IMG/VR virus record: IMGVR_UViG_3300039106_000282
Location: 791-64,790 of that record
Reading direction: 5' to 3' (one strand)
From: a virus
Taxonomy: Duplodnaviria; Caudoviricetes
DNA length: 64,000 bases
Shown: piece by piece, positions 7,966 through 18,200 of the stretch
Position numbering within the stretch: position 1 is the stretch's first letter
Layout of the letters: every line of letters begins with the position of its first letter
Position numbers and translations under genes: made by a program
The notes under the pieces: generated by a model
What the model saw: the letters and a program-made list of their open reading frames with translations, nothing else
Database searches by the model: none
What the model was told of the DNA's origin: nothing

Positions 7966-8065
7966 TTTGTGGGTCTGCTACACAGAGTGGAAGTCTATAC
8001 CCTGTACTGCTTCAACGCCTCAGAAGGCTTACATGAGATGGATATGCAAAAATGAGCGTACCTAG
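7937..8065 (+). CDS. small hypothetical protein (42 aa, TTG start)
   Basis: MKPKLRKIGSLWVCY...TPQKAYMRW; fills the gap between neighbouring genes. Confidence 0.45.
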   Translation: MKPKLRKIGSLWVCYTEWKSIPCTASTPQKAYMRWICKNERT

Positions 8066-8741
8066 TTTTACTTATAGTTCACTGAGCAGGTTTATTACCT
8101 GCCCTAAGCAGTACGAAGCACATCATGTTTTAAAGTATATCCCTTTTGCAGATACCTCAGCTACGCTGTATGGAAAAGACTTACATCTTGCGGCTGAGAA
8201 CTACATAGGTAAAGGTGAGGCACTCCCAGAGCGATTTATATTTGTTAAGAAGTTCCTTGATACTATCAATAACATCAAAGGCAGAAAGCTTTGCGAATAT
8301 AAACTCGCGGTGGCGAAGGTAGGTACTGAGTATGAGTTCTGTGATTATGAAGCACCTAATAGGTACTGGCGTGGCATTGCAGACCTTGTCATCGTAGACG
8401 CAGATGCTAAGAAAGCGTATATTGTGGATTATAAAACAGGCAAGTCAGCAAAGTATGCAGACACTAAGCAACTAGCACTACTAGCGGCGGCGGTGTTCCT
8501 AGAGTTCCCGTATGTTGAGACTATCAAAGGGATGCTACTCTTCGTAGTAGCTAACGAGATGGTAAAAGAAGAATATACATATGAGAATAGATTGGGTATT
8601 TTTGATAAACTAGCACCTGTATTAGCGCAACGGTCAGTAGCCTACGAGACGGGAGTATTTAATCCTATCCCTAACGGACTATGTCGAAAGTGGTGTCAGG
8701 CTACCCGTTGCATTCATAACGGTAACTATAAGGAGGGGTGA
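8052..8741 (+). CDS. PD-(D/E)XK (Cas4/RecB-like) exonuclease
   Basis: YSSLSRFITCPKQY, RGIADL, VDYKTGK, QL..LA, C-terminal CxxxC...C cluster. Confidence 0.88.
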   Translation: MSVPSFTYSSLSRFITCPKQYEAHHVLKYIPFADTSATLYGKDLHLAAENYIGKGEALPERFIFVKKFLDTINNIKGRKLCEYKLAVAKVGTEYEFCDYEAPNRYWRGIADLVIVDADAKKAYIVDYKTGKSAKYADTKQLALLAAAVFLEFPYVETIKGMLLFVVANEMVKEEYTYENRLGIFDKLAPVLAQRSVAYETGVFNPIPNGLCRKWCQATRCIHNGNYKEG

Positions 8742-9037
8742 TGCCCTACAAGAACAAAGCAGATAGAAATGTTAAACGAGAATATGAATTAGAGAAGACT
8801 CGCCCTGGGGCGCATGAAGCTAGAATGGAGAGACAACGTGCTCGCCGTGCATATGATAAAGCGGGTATTAGCCGTGATGGGAAAGACATTGACCATATCA
8901 AAGGTGTTAAAGCGGGTAACGGTAAAGACAACCTACGTCTTAGAGACCCAGAAGTGAACCGCTCATTCCAACGCAACAGTGACCATACTATGAAGAAGAA
9001 CGAGCCGCCAAAGAAAGTTAAACCTAAGAAGAAATAA
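8738..9037 (+). CDS. small HNH endonuclease-like protein
   Basis: DGKDIDHIKG...GN..DNLR....NRS. Confidence 0.75.
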   Translation: MMPYKNKADRNVKREYELEKTRPGAHEARMERQRARRAYDKAGISRDGKDIDHIKGVKAGNGKDNLRLRDPEVNRSFQRNSDHTMKKNEPPKKVKPKKK

Positions 9038-9038
9038 T

Positions 9039-9248
9039 ATGGAAGTATCCGTAAAGTCAGTGCAGATTATTGCAACGGAGTCTGGTTTACCTGAGAGTTT
9101 AGTAGAGCGTCACATAGACGCTCTATGTACCATGACTCTTAGAACGCGTATTAGTGAACGGAAGATGTGCCTAAACAAAGTAAGAGCATGGTACTTTAAT
9201 AGAAGTACGAATAAGCCTCAGCTATTTGAAGTATTAGAAGATAAATGA
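9039..9248 (+). CDS. hypothetical protein
   Basis: 69-aa ORF filling the operon gap. Confidence 0.55.
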   Translation: MEVSVKSVQIIATESGLPESLVERHIDALCTMTLRTRISERKMCLNKVRAWYFNRSTNKPQLFEVLEDK

Positions 9249-10837
9249 TTCGCCCCCTTAAGGGGCTGTACGGAGCGACAATGGAAATACAAGTTATTCA
9301 AGATAAGGTCTTGTCTATCAAGACCACTAACCCCGATGCTATTACAAGCGTCATTACAAAAAGTAAAATTAAAGATATTGATTTTGGTACAGCAGAGGTA
9401 TGGGTAAATTTTGGTTTAGGTGAAGCGCATATCCTAAACAATATAGGTATTAAAAATGTACCCTCACCTATTCGCACACAGTACACATGGACAGGGATGT
9501 ATAAGCCCTTTGACCATCAAAGAGTGACAGCAGAGTTTTTAACGCTTAACCGTAGAGCCTTTTGCTTAAATGAAATGGGTACGGGTAAAACTAACTCAGT
9601 TATCTGGGCGGCTGACTATTTAATGAAACTCAGTGTAATACGCCGTGTGCTTGTGGTTTGCCCTCTATCTATTATGGATGCGGCATGGCGTAAGGATTTG
9701 TTTAAGACAGCTATGCATCGGTCAGTTGAGATTGCACATGGTAGTAGGGTAAAACGTGCTGAGATTATTAAAAGCACTGCGGAGATAGTTATTATTAACT
9801 TCGATGGTGTTGAGATTGTAGAGAAAGAGATTGCTGAAGGTGGGTTTGATTTGATTGTAGTAGACGAAGCTACGCATTTAAAAAACGTCTCGACTCGTAG
9901 ATGGAAGACGATGAACCGCTTAGTCACTGCAGACACATGGCTCTGGATGTTAACGGGTACACCTGCAGCGCAGTCACCAGTGGATGCGTATGGACTAATT
10001 AAACTAGTTAACCCTAAGCAAACACCCAGAGCGTTTAATGCGTTCCGAGATATGGTACAGATACGCACGTCACAGTTTACATATAAGAACCGCCCCGATG
10101 CAGAGCAGATAGTGCATAGGTTCATGCAACCTGCGATACGGTTTACTAAAGAAGAATGTCTAGACCTACCAGAGCTAACGTATCAGACAAGAGATGTACC
10201 GCTATCTCCGCAACAAGATAAGTATTACAAACTACTTAAAAAAGAGATGCTCATGCAGGCGGCAGGTGAAGAGATTACTGCGGCTAATGCGGCAGTTGCT
10301 TTAAACAAACTATTGCAACTTTCATCTGGGGCGGTGTATTCGGATACTGGAGAAGTGATTGAGTTTGATGTGAAATCTCGTGCGGCAGAACTGCTGGACA
10401 TCGTAGCTGAAACATCCCATAAGACGATTGTGTTCGTGCAGTTTAAGCACACCATAGAGATAGTAGAAAGGGTATTACTAGATGTAGGCTACAGTGTAGG
10501 CGTTATTCATGGCGGTATAAATGCAAACAGACGCTCTGAGTTATTTAATGCATTCCAAACTTCGCCCAATCCACAGGTTCTAGTTATTCAGCCGCAAGCG
10601 GCGGCGCATGGGGTAACTTTGCACGCGGCTAATACGATTGTGTGGTGGGGCGTCACACTTTCACTGGAAACATATAAGCAAGCCAATGCGCGTATTCACC
10701 GTGCAGGGCAAGTAAACAGATGTAGCGTGGTGCATCTTGTAGGCTCACCCGTAGAGAAGAAAGTCTTAAACGTACTAGAAGATAAAGGTGCGGCTCAGAC
10801 TAAATTATTAGATTTATATAAAGATATTATCAGTTGA
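9245..10837 (+). CDS. SNF2-family (SF2) helicase
   Basis: EMGTGKT, VVDEA, LTGTP, HGVTL, QANARIHRAGQ. The true start may be ATG 9281 (GGAG RBS). Confidence 0.92.
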   Translation: MIRPLKGLYGATMEIQVIQDKVLSIKTTNPDAITSVITKSKIKDIDFGTAEVWVNFGLGEAHILNNIGIKNVPSPIRTQYTWTGMYKPFDHQRVTAEFLTLNRRAFCLNEMGTGKTNSVIWAADYLMKLSVIRRVLVVCPLSIMDAAWRKDLFKTAMHRSVEIAHGSRVKRAEIIKSTAEIVIINFDGVEIVEKEIAEGGFDLIVVDEATHLKNVSTRRWKTMNRLVTADTWLWMLTGTPAAQSPVDAYGLIKLVNPKQTPRAFNAFRDMVQIRTSQFTYKNRPDAEQIVHRFMQPAIRFTKEECLDLPELTYQTRDVPLSPQQDKYYKLLKKEMLMQAAGEEITAANAAVALNKLLQLSSGAVYSDTGEVIEFDVKSRAAELLDIVAETSHKTIVFVQFKHTIEIVERVLLDVGYSVGVIHGGINANRRSELFNAFQTSPNPQVLVIQPQAAAHGVTLHAANTIVWWGVTLSLETYKQANARIHRAGQVNRCSVVHLVGSPVEKKVLNVLEDKGAAQTKLLDLYKDIIS

Positions 10838-10862
10838 CACAAGGGTTACAAGGGTGTACAAT
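10834..10862 (+). promoter_or_regulatory. sigma70-type promoter
   Basis: TTGACA-17 bp-TACAAT upstream of the gene at 10897. Confidence 0.75.
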
Positions 10863-10896
10863 ATAATCTCTTTCAAAGAAAGACACGAGGAATCAC

Positions 10897-11289
10897 ATGA
10901 GTACAGTAAATGTAGAACAACTCGTCAAAGCTTACATAAAAATGAGAGATGCAAGACAGCAACTGCAACGAGAGTTTGATGAAGCAGACGATAGAATTAA
11001 ACAGCAACAAGATGCAGTACAACAGGCTCTACTAGAGCTTTGCAAGGAGACGGGGACAGACGGACTTAAGACCTCAGCAGGTACAGTAACACGGACGGTT
11101 AAAACAAGATACTGGACAAGCGATTGGAACAGTATGAAAAACTTTATTAAGGAACATGATGCGTTTGAACTTATGGAGCAACGAGTGCATCAGACAAACA
11201 TGAAATCCTTTTTAGAAGAAAACCCTAACCTCATGCCTCCAGGCATGAATATTGATAGCAGATATGCCATAACCGTTAGAAGGAAATGA
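10897..11289 (+). CDS. conserved phage replication-module protein (coiled coil plus small C-terminal domain)
   Basis: YIKMRD...KTSAGT...WNSMKNFI...PPG pattern typical of genes next to phage SSB/helicase; GAGGA RBS. Confidence 0.7.
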   Translation: MSTVNVEQLVKAYIKMRDARQQLQREFDEADDRIKQQQDAVQQALLELCKETGTDGLKTSAGTVTRTVKTRYWTSDWNSMKNFIKEHDAFELMEQRVHQTNMKSFLEENPNLMPPGMNIDSRYAITVRRK

Positions 11290-11290
11290 T

Positions 11291-11509
11291 ATGGAACCGC
11301 AAGATGATGAAGAAGTATTTTTGACAACTAAACAAGTAATGGGGATACTAAACTGCTCTAGGCAGTATATTTCCAAACTACGAAACACAGGTAAATTAAG
11401 TTCTTACCGCAGAGGTAATGAATACCTATTAAGTGCTAACGAAGTAAAAGCACTAATCTCTAGAAAAACTACTATTGTTAAATTATCAGGAGCAAATACA
11501 CATGGCTAA
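11291..11509 (+). CDS. excisionase-like HTH (HTH_17) DNA-binding protein
   Basis: FLTTKQVMGILNCSRQYISKLRNTGKLSSYRRG. Confidence 0.75.
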   Translation: MEPQDDEEVFLTTKQVMGILNCSRQYISKLRNTGKLSSYRRGNEYLLSANEVKALISRKTTIVKLSGANTHG

Positions 11510-12377
11510 CGAAATGAGTTTATTTACAACAGGCGCAGCAATCCCAGCACACTTTGCAAAAAGAGAGTTGAGTGAAACTACTAAGGCTCTTATGGGCGGC
11601 TCATCCGATGCTCGCCGCATCTCAGTAAGAGGTAACATCTTCCGCTTAACTGTTGGTGGTCAAGAGGTTGCTAAAAACGAAGACCGTGCAATGAACATTA
11701 TCATTGCGGCGGCGGCTCCTAAAACATCACGTCAGTATTATGCAGGGACGTATCAAGAAGGTGTAGTCTCTTCTCCAGATTGCTGGAGTACGGATGGTGA
11801 AGTACCTAGCCCAACTATTGAAACTCCTAAAAACCACAACTGTGCTACCTGCCCTATGAACATCGCAGGGTCTGGTCAAGGTTCTGGTAGAGCTTGCAGA
11901 TATACTCACCGCCTCGCAGTATTACTTGAGAATGATATGCATGGTGACGTATATGAGTTATCACTTGCGGCAACTTCTTTATTTGGTAAAGGCGAGAACG
12001 GTAAAATGCCTCTCTTCCAATATGCCAAGCAACTAGCAGGACACGGCTTAAATGTTACTGACGTTGTAACCGAGCTTAGATTTGATACGGATTCTGCAAC
12101 ACCTAAGATGGTATTCCGTGCAGTACGTCCATTAGATGAAAAAGAGATTGAGGTTGTATTAGATAAAGCTACTTCACTTGAAGCAATTCAAGCAATTACT
12201 ACCAGCTTCTCAGCAGCTAAAAAAGAAGAGGCTCCAGTTCCTGCACCTAAACCAGCACCACAAGGCTTATTCAAAGATGCTCCCGTTGCTGAACCCGTTG
12301 TAAGAGAGAAGAAGCCCTCAGCTACAGTAGCTAACCCAACTGACCTTGAAAGTACATTGGCTGAATGGGCTGACTAA
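11502..12377 (+). CDS. putative single-stranded DNA-binding/annealing protein
   Basis: AGGAG RBS before ATG 11502; PDCWS.DG, CATCP...GSG...RAC; acidic-aromatic C-terminus (EWAD); position between helicase and primase. Confidence 0.6.
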   Translation: MANEMSLFTTGAAIPAHFAKRELSETTKALMGGSSDARRISVRGNIFRLTVGGQEVAKNEDRAMNIIIAAAAPKTSRQYYAGTYQEGVVSSPDCWSTDGEVPSPTIETPKNHNCATCPMNIAGSGQGSGRACRYTHRLAVLLENDMHGDVYELSLAATSLFGKGENGKMPLFQYAKQLAGHGLNVTDVVTELRFDTDSATPKMVFRAVRPLDEKEIEVVLDKATSLEAIQAITTSFSAAKKEEAPVPAPKPAPQGLFKDAPVAEPVVREKKPSATVANPTDLESTLAEWAD

Positions 12378-12392
12378 GCACTTCCCCATTAG

Positions 12393-12421
12393 AAGGGGCG
12401 GATAGCACCGCCCCTTTTTTT
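12393..12421 (+). terminator. Rho-independent terminator
   Basis: AAGGGGCGG-ATAGCA-CCGCCCCTT followed by a T tract. Confidence 0.85.
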
Positions 12422-12443
12422 ACCCTCATTTTTAGGTATAGCC

Positions 12444-15233
12444 ATGAACAGGATAGATTTTTTTAATACAGTAGTAGCGCAAGGGGGCTTGTATTGCGCA
12501 GTAGGGATAATCAATAAAAGAACTACCCAAGTATTCTTTAACACATTTGAGGAAGTAGAGGTTTGGGCAGACGAACAAACAGCGGCTGGAGTAGATGCCT
12601 ACTTCGCTTTAGCTACCTACCATTCAAATATAAGTAGAAGTGCTAAGAATGTTAATCTGTTTAAATCGCTATGGGTGGATTTAGATATCGGCAAAGGTAC
12701 TGCGCATGAAACACAGGTTACAGGTATCGGTGCCCTTAAAGATTTTTGCAAAGCAGTTAACCTTCCCAAGCCAACCATCGTATCATCAGGCTACGGCTTA
12801 CACATCTACTGGGCGTTTGATACTACGATTGATTACAACGAATGGAAACCCTTAGCTACTGCATTAGTTGACCGCATGATAGCTGAGAAGTTTCAAGTTA
12901 AAGATATGGGTATAACAACTGACGGTGCTCGTATTCTGCGTATCCCTCAGACCAAGAATTTTAAACGTGGCGAAGCAGTTGATGTTGAACTTATAGCACT
13001 CTCTCCTTCAAACCCCGTGCAGTATTTCAGAGATGTACTAACACCAAAAGATATATTAACTCCCCTAGCACAAGCAGAGCTCGCCGCTTCTAATGTAACG
13101 CTCAACGATACAACTCGTGCGCTACTTGGGAACATCATATACAAGTTCTCTCGTGTTATGCATAAAAGCCTTAGTGGTAGTGGTTGTGCGCAAATGGCGC
13201 ATATATACTTAAACCAAAACGATATATCCGAACCTCTCTGGAGAGCAGGACTTTCTATTGCACAGTTCTGCGTAGATAAAGAAACAGCGATACATAAAAT
13301 ATCTCAAGCACATGATGAATATAGTCCTGCTGAGACTGAAAGAAAGGCGTGGCTCATTAAGGGTCCACATTTATGCGAAACATTTAACACTATCAATCCA
13401 GAACTGTGCGTAGGGTGTAAGCACACTGGGAATATAACAACACCCTTGATGTTAGGTAGAGACATACTAGAAGCATCACCTTCGGATAACATCGTTACCG
13501 CAGAGAGTAAAGAGCTTGGCACAATAGATATAGAGATTCCCAAATACCCATACCCATACACTAGAGGGCCTAATGGCGGTGTATACGTTAAAAGCGTACT
13601 TGATTCCGGTGATGGGGAAGAAACTGATAAAGCATTAGTGTACGAAAACGATTTTTATGTAGTAGGTAGACGTAGTGACCCAAATGATGGAGAGGTTCTG
13701 CATATGCGCCTTATCCGCCCACATGACGGCGTAAGTGATTTTATCGCTCCTCTTGCAACCGTAACAGCAGGTGACAAATGTCGTGAGCTTCTATCTCATA
13801 AAGGGATTGCGGCTCATACTAATCAGATGAAACTGATTATGGCTTACCTAGTAGCGTGGACTAAGCACTTGCAAAACACAACGAAGGCAGAGCACGTAAG
13901 AGTGCAATTTGGATGGAACTCAGATAACACATCGTTTGTTGTTGGGGCACGAGAAATGACTAAAGGTGCATTCCCTAAATACAGTCCGCCCTCAGCCACC
14001 ACACAAGAAGCCGCTAAGGTGTACACTAAAGAAGGGTCGCTTGAAGCGTGGTCTAACGTAGTCAATACTTATGGACTTCCCGGAAATGAAGTACGAGCCT
14101 TTGCATTATTCCTAAGTCTTGGTGCACCCATGTTTAAGGTGTTCTCACTAGGTGGCGCGATGCTCCACTTAACTAATGCATCATCGGGTGTGGGTAAATC
14201 AACTATCCAATATGTAGCTAATAGCGTATGGGGCCACCCTACGAAAACAATGCTGGTTAATGACGATAAGATTCTCGCTAAGTATCAGCGTATGGGTATC
14301 ATTCAAAACCTTATTCTCTGCATTGACGAGCTGACTAACTTACCTGCGGATGATATCAGTGACTTAGCGTTTGGTATTACAAATGGTCGTGGTAGAAACC
14401 GTATGAGCTCTTCAGCTAATATCGAAAGAGTTAACAACACTACATGGTCTATGCCTTGCATCACGTCTGGTAACAACAGTCTGCATGAGGTACTGCAAAC
14501 TTTAAAGGCTGACCCAGAGGGTGAGATACTGCGTATCTTAGAGCTTGAAGTAGTACGCGCTGATTCCTTAACTAAGCAACAATCTGACCAGCTATTTAGT
14601 AGAGACCTTATATGTAACTACGGTCATGCAGGAGATATCATTGCACAGGCTATTTTGGATAACTATGATGAATCTGTTAACGAGTTATTTGAGTGCCAAC
14701 GTCAGTTCGATGTGAAGGCTAACTTACTTCAAAGAGACCGCTACTATTCTGCTTTAGTTGCAACTGCTATCTTCGGAGGTAAACTCGCAAATGAGTTAGG
14801 TATTATTAATATCCCTATGCAACCTGTGATTGACTATCTAGCTAAGAAAATAGGGCACGCAAGAAAGATAGAGAAAGTGCAGGAAGATAAAGCGTCAGCT
14901 AACTTAGGGTTGTTTATGTCAGAGCATATGCAGAATCAGCTTGTAATAAATAATAAGCCCCCTACTATTGCAGGGACACTTGGTGTACCTATTGAAACTC
15001 CTCGCGGTGCGCTTGTGATACGCAGGGAACCCGATACGCATAGAGCCTATATCATAGCGTCAGTGTTTAAATCGTGGTGTGCGAGAAAGCAGTTGTCGTA
15101 TAAATGCTTAGTAGAGGACTTGAAGAAAATCGGTATCCTACTCGATACAACTAAAGTTAGGATGTCGGCTGGTACGGTGCAGGATAGTCCTGCAGTAATT
15201 GCGCTGGTTTTAGATACCACGCAGATGGGGTGA
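12444..15233 (+). CDS. primase-helicase (AEP/RepB-like N-terminus plus DUF927-like NTPase)
   Basis: WVDLD, SSGYGLHIYW, RILRIP; C-terminal FGW, SGVGKST Walker A, IDELTN, GRGRNR. Confidence 0.88.
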   Translation: MNRIDFFNTVVAQGGLYCAVGIINKRTTQVFFNTFEEVEVWADEQTAAGVDAYFALATYHSNISRSAKNVNLFKSLWVDLDIGKGTAHETQVTGIGALKDFCKAVNLPKPTIVSSGYGLHIYWAFDTTIDYNEWKPLATALVDRMIAEKFQVKDMGITTDGARILRIPQTKNFKRGEAVDVELIALSPSNPVQYFRDVLTPKDILTPLAQAELAASNVTLNDTTRALLGNIIYKFSRVMHKSLSGSGCAQMAHIYLNQNDISEPLWRAGLSIAQFCVDKETAIHKISQAHDEYSPAETERKAWLIKGPHLCETFNTINPELCVGCKHTGNITTPLMLGRDILEASPSDNIVTAESKELGTIDIEIPKYPYPYTRGPNGGVYVKSVLDSGDGEETDKALVYENDFYVVGRRSDPNDGEVLHMRLIRPHDGVSDFIAPLATVTAGDKCRELLSHKGIAAHTNQMKLIMAYLVAWTKHLQNTTKAEHVRVQFGWNSDNTSFVVGAREMTKGAFPKYSPPSATTQEAAKVYTKEGSLEAWSNVVNTYGLPGNEVRAFALFLSLGAPMFKVFSLGGAMLHLTNASSGVGKSTIQYVANSVWGHPTKTMLVNDDKILAKYQRMGIIQNLILCIDELTNLPADDISDLAFGITNGRGRNRMSSSANIERVNNTTWSMPCITSGNNSLHEVLQTLKADPEGEILRILELEVVRADSLTKQQSDQLFSRDLICNYGHAGDIIAQAILDNYDESVNELFECQRQFDVKANLLQRDRYYSALVATAIFGGKLANELGIINIPMQPVIDYLAKKIGHARKIEKVQEDKASANLGLFMSEHMQNQLVINNKPPTIAGTLGVPIETPRGALVIRREPDTHRAYIIASVFKSWCARKQLSYKCLVEDLKKIGILLDTTKVRMSAGTVQDSPAVIALVLDTTQMG

Positions 15234-15262
15234 AAAAGGGGGCTTAACGCCCCCTCTCTTTT
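15233..15262. terminator. bidirectional terminator between the convergent replication and virion modules
   Basis: AAAAAGGGGGC-TTAAC-GCCCCCT-CTCTTTT. Confidence 0.8.
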
Positions 15263-18200
15263 ATGGGTTAAGAGTTCGTTGTATTTTAAATACTTGAGCC
15301 TCTACCCGACCAATTCTATCTTTGATAATCTTAACTCGTTTAGCTTTTTCTTCTGGAGATATAGCTGTGTTAGAAGAAGCTAATATTTTACGAATCTGTT
15401 TATTATCATTATCAATCTGAGTACCCATACTGCTCAACTTACCGTGAATACCATTCTGGAAGTACTTTTTATTTTCCTTCTTGTAAGCCTCAGCTTCCTT
15501 CGTTCTACCTTCATTACGCATTTTGTTAGCCGTATTAACCGCTTGCTCTACTTCACTACTTACTTTATAGAATGTAGCTTGAGCTTGCTCATACTTATCT
15601 TTAGGCATAAAGGCAGACATTGCAGGGACTTTTCTAATCATCTCTGAGTAAGTCATTTGTTTGTACGGTACACCCGCAGCGGCAGCTACACCGTCTGTAA
15701 ATGCAAGAAGGCCTGACCCCGCATAACCAAACCAGCCTTTTATGAAATGGTCAAACTTCAAAGGTGAAACGCCTAGGTTCCCCATCAACTTACCAAGCTC
15801 TGAAGTCTCTGCAGTGTACTGCTCTTCTGTATCTGTTTTAGCTAGTCGTTCTGGAACGATAGGACGCATAGTGTATAAGTCTTTATTTATAGCCCCCTCA
15901 AAAGCAGGTTTCCAAAAAGAATATCCCATAGGAGGTACAAGAGAAGCTAATGCGGCGCGTTTCATTTCTGAGCGCACATCGTCCACGTCACCTATTTTCT
16001 CTTTACCTTTCGCCATATTGTAAGCGTGATGCATCACAATACCAGGGATAGAGAAGATACTTAACCGCTGAGGTAAAGAGAAAGACGTAGATTTCATTCC
16101 AGGAATGACGTTATAGATATGAGTATCTTTCTCTTTAACATCGAGTTTATCGTACTCATCGTCATCCCCCATTAACATATCATGCACAAGTGTTAGTGCC
16201 ATAACAGCCGCTGAAGTCATTATCAAACGCTTATATGTTTCTGTTCGTTTAGTAGGTGAAAGCCCCCTACCAGATAATACTTGATATGTAGCTCGCATAG
16301 ATTGCATAAATGCACCCAAGAAAGCGGTACGTTGCCTTGCAGCTTCTAGTGTAGCGCTCGCTCCACGTCTACGGAAGTTAATAACGTCATAAGCTCTCTG
16401 CATTGCTATACGTTCTGCATTAGGGTTATCTGGGTTCTCATCCATAGTACGTTGATAGATAGCTTGACGAATAGCATTGTCCCCAGCCATAGCTAGTTTC
16501 TCACACGCCTGTCTAACTTTCTTCCACTTACCCGTCTCATCCCCTCTATGCGTATGGTACGCAATATCGTTAACCCCAACGGCTCTTGCATCACCTACAG
16601 TATCTTTACTTCCTGTCGAAGCTGTCCGTTTAGTTTTTAAGTGAGCCTCAGTAGGTGCAAACTTAGTAGGTGCAAACTGATTAGCGGCAGTCAACCCAAA
16701 CTGCTTCATAATTTCTAAAGTCAGCATGACAGGATTTTTAGTACCTGATAAGAACATAGCATCACCCACGTCCTTAATAACCTGCACAAACGCAAAGGGT
16801 GGAGGAAGTACAATACTGTCTCTTAATAGATTAGCCGCTTTAGCTGTAAACCCAAGTGAGCCTAGAGCTAGAGGGCTTCCTGTAAATGCAAACCTATACA
16901 GAGGGTCGTTTATTTTCCAGTACTGTTTTTTACCGTGGAAGTAAGTAGTAACCGTATTGGCTTTGTCTGACTTCGTACCTTGCACTCGCTCGATAGTCCC
17001 TTCTGGGAAGTACCGTCTCATAGTATCCACAAGCGCCGCCGATTTCTCAGCTCTCATCGCCATAGCAAAACTATGCAACTGCCACTTTTCAATATTATCG
17101 AGCATATCGTCTACTTCTCTAAAGGACCCTTTGAGCTTGTGTTGTTTTTGCCCTTTCTGGATATTGTTATGAGAAGCTGAGTATCGCCCTTGAGCCATAG
17201 ATTCTATAGTATCTTCAGCGTCTTTCTCATCCATAATCCGATAGAACGGTGCATATGCAGCGGCGTCTAAATAGGCACGAGCTTGCTTTTCAGAGTATCT
17301 GCCAGAAGATACAAGAGTCTTAATAGTATTTTCTCTAATCTTATGCCACATATCCTCAGCCTTTGCTAAGGCAGGAACCATCTGAGCTTTTTGAATATTG
17401 ACTCGAGCTTCATCCCTAGTAATAGGCTCTCTTTGAGCTTTGTCTAATTCTTCACGAGCTTTCTTACGCAATTCAGCTTTTAAATTAGCGTCAGTTTCTG
17501 CATCAGCTTGCGCCGCGTAACTATCTGCACGTCTATGTAAATCTTCAATACGCTTAGACACCATATACTCTGTCCAGAGTACTCTCATTTTTTGATTAGA
17601 GTAATTTAATACTTTACCTGCGTCTTCAAGGATAGTAGCGAGATTGATTACATTGTTCTTATTGTATACAGCTTCCCACATTAAGAGATTTTTGTTAAAT
17701 ACTAACTCTCCTTGTAGCGTACCCTCTGCTGATACTGAAGTCTCGTTGACTGTCTGAGCTTGATTCATTGCTGAGAGAATAGGCTCGATGTGTTTGAAGT
17801 CGTATCCAGCAGCTTCTAGGTAATGTCTTGCATCATTAACAAGAGCCGCATCGTGGCTGAAATACATAGTCTCAAACTTGTTAGATGCTGTGCGTAGAGA
17901 ATCTGCAACTGTCTTGTCTGGTTTAACGCCTTTAGGAGGGAGGTTACTTTTTCTACGCTCTTCTACGCTTTTAGCCCATTCGTCTACTTCAGGTTTAACT
18001 GAATATAAGAACTCTGATTTTGTTTTGTCAGTTTTAGCATTTCTGGCAAGGACTAAAGGTCCAATTTGAATTACTTCATCTGCACTCGTAATAGGCTCTC
18101 TAGTAGTTCTATCGTAAAAATAGGAATGGCGTTTAGGGTCCATACCAACTTGAGTCCAATTTTTATCGTGCAGATATTTTTGCATATCTGCATAAGCTTT

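Noticed and set aside
11291-11509. Lysogeny module
   Set aside because: The excisionase-like HTH has no integrase, att site or CI/Cro pair in the window.
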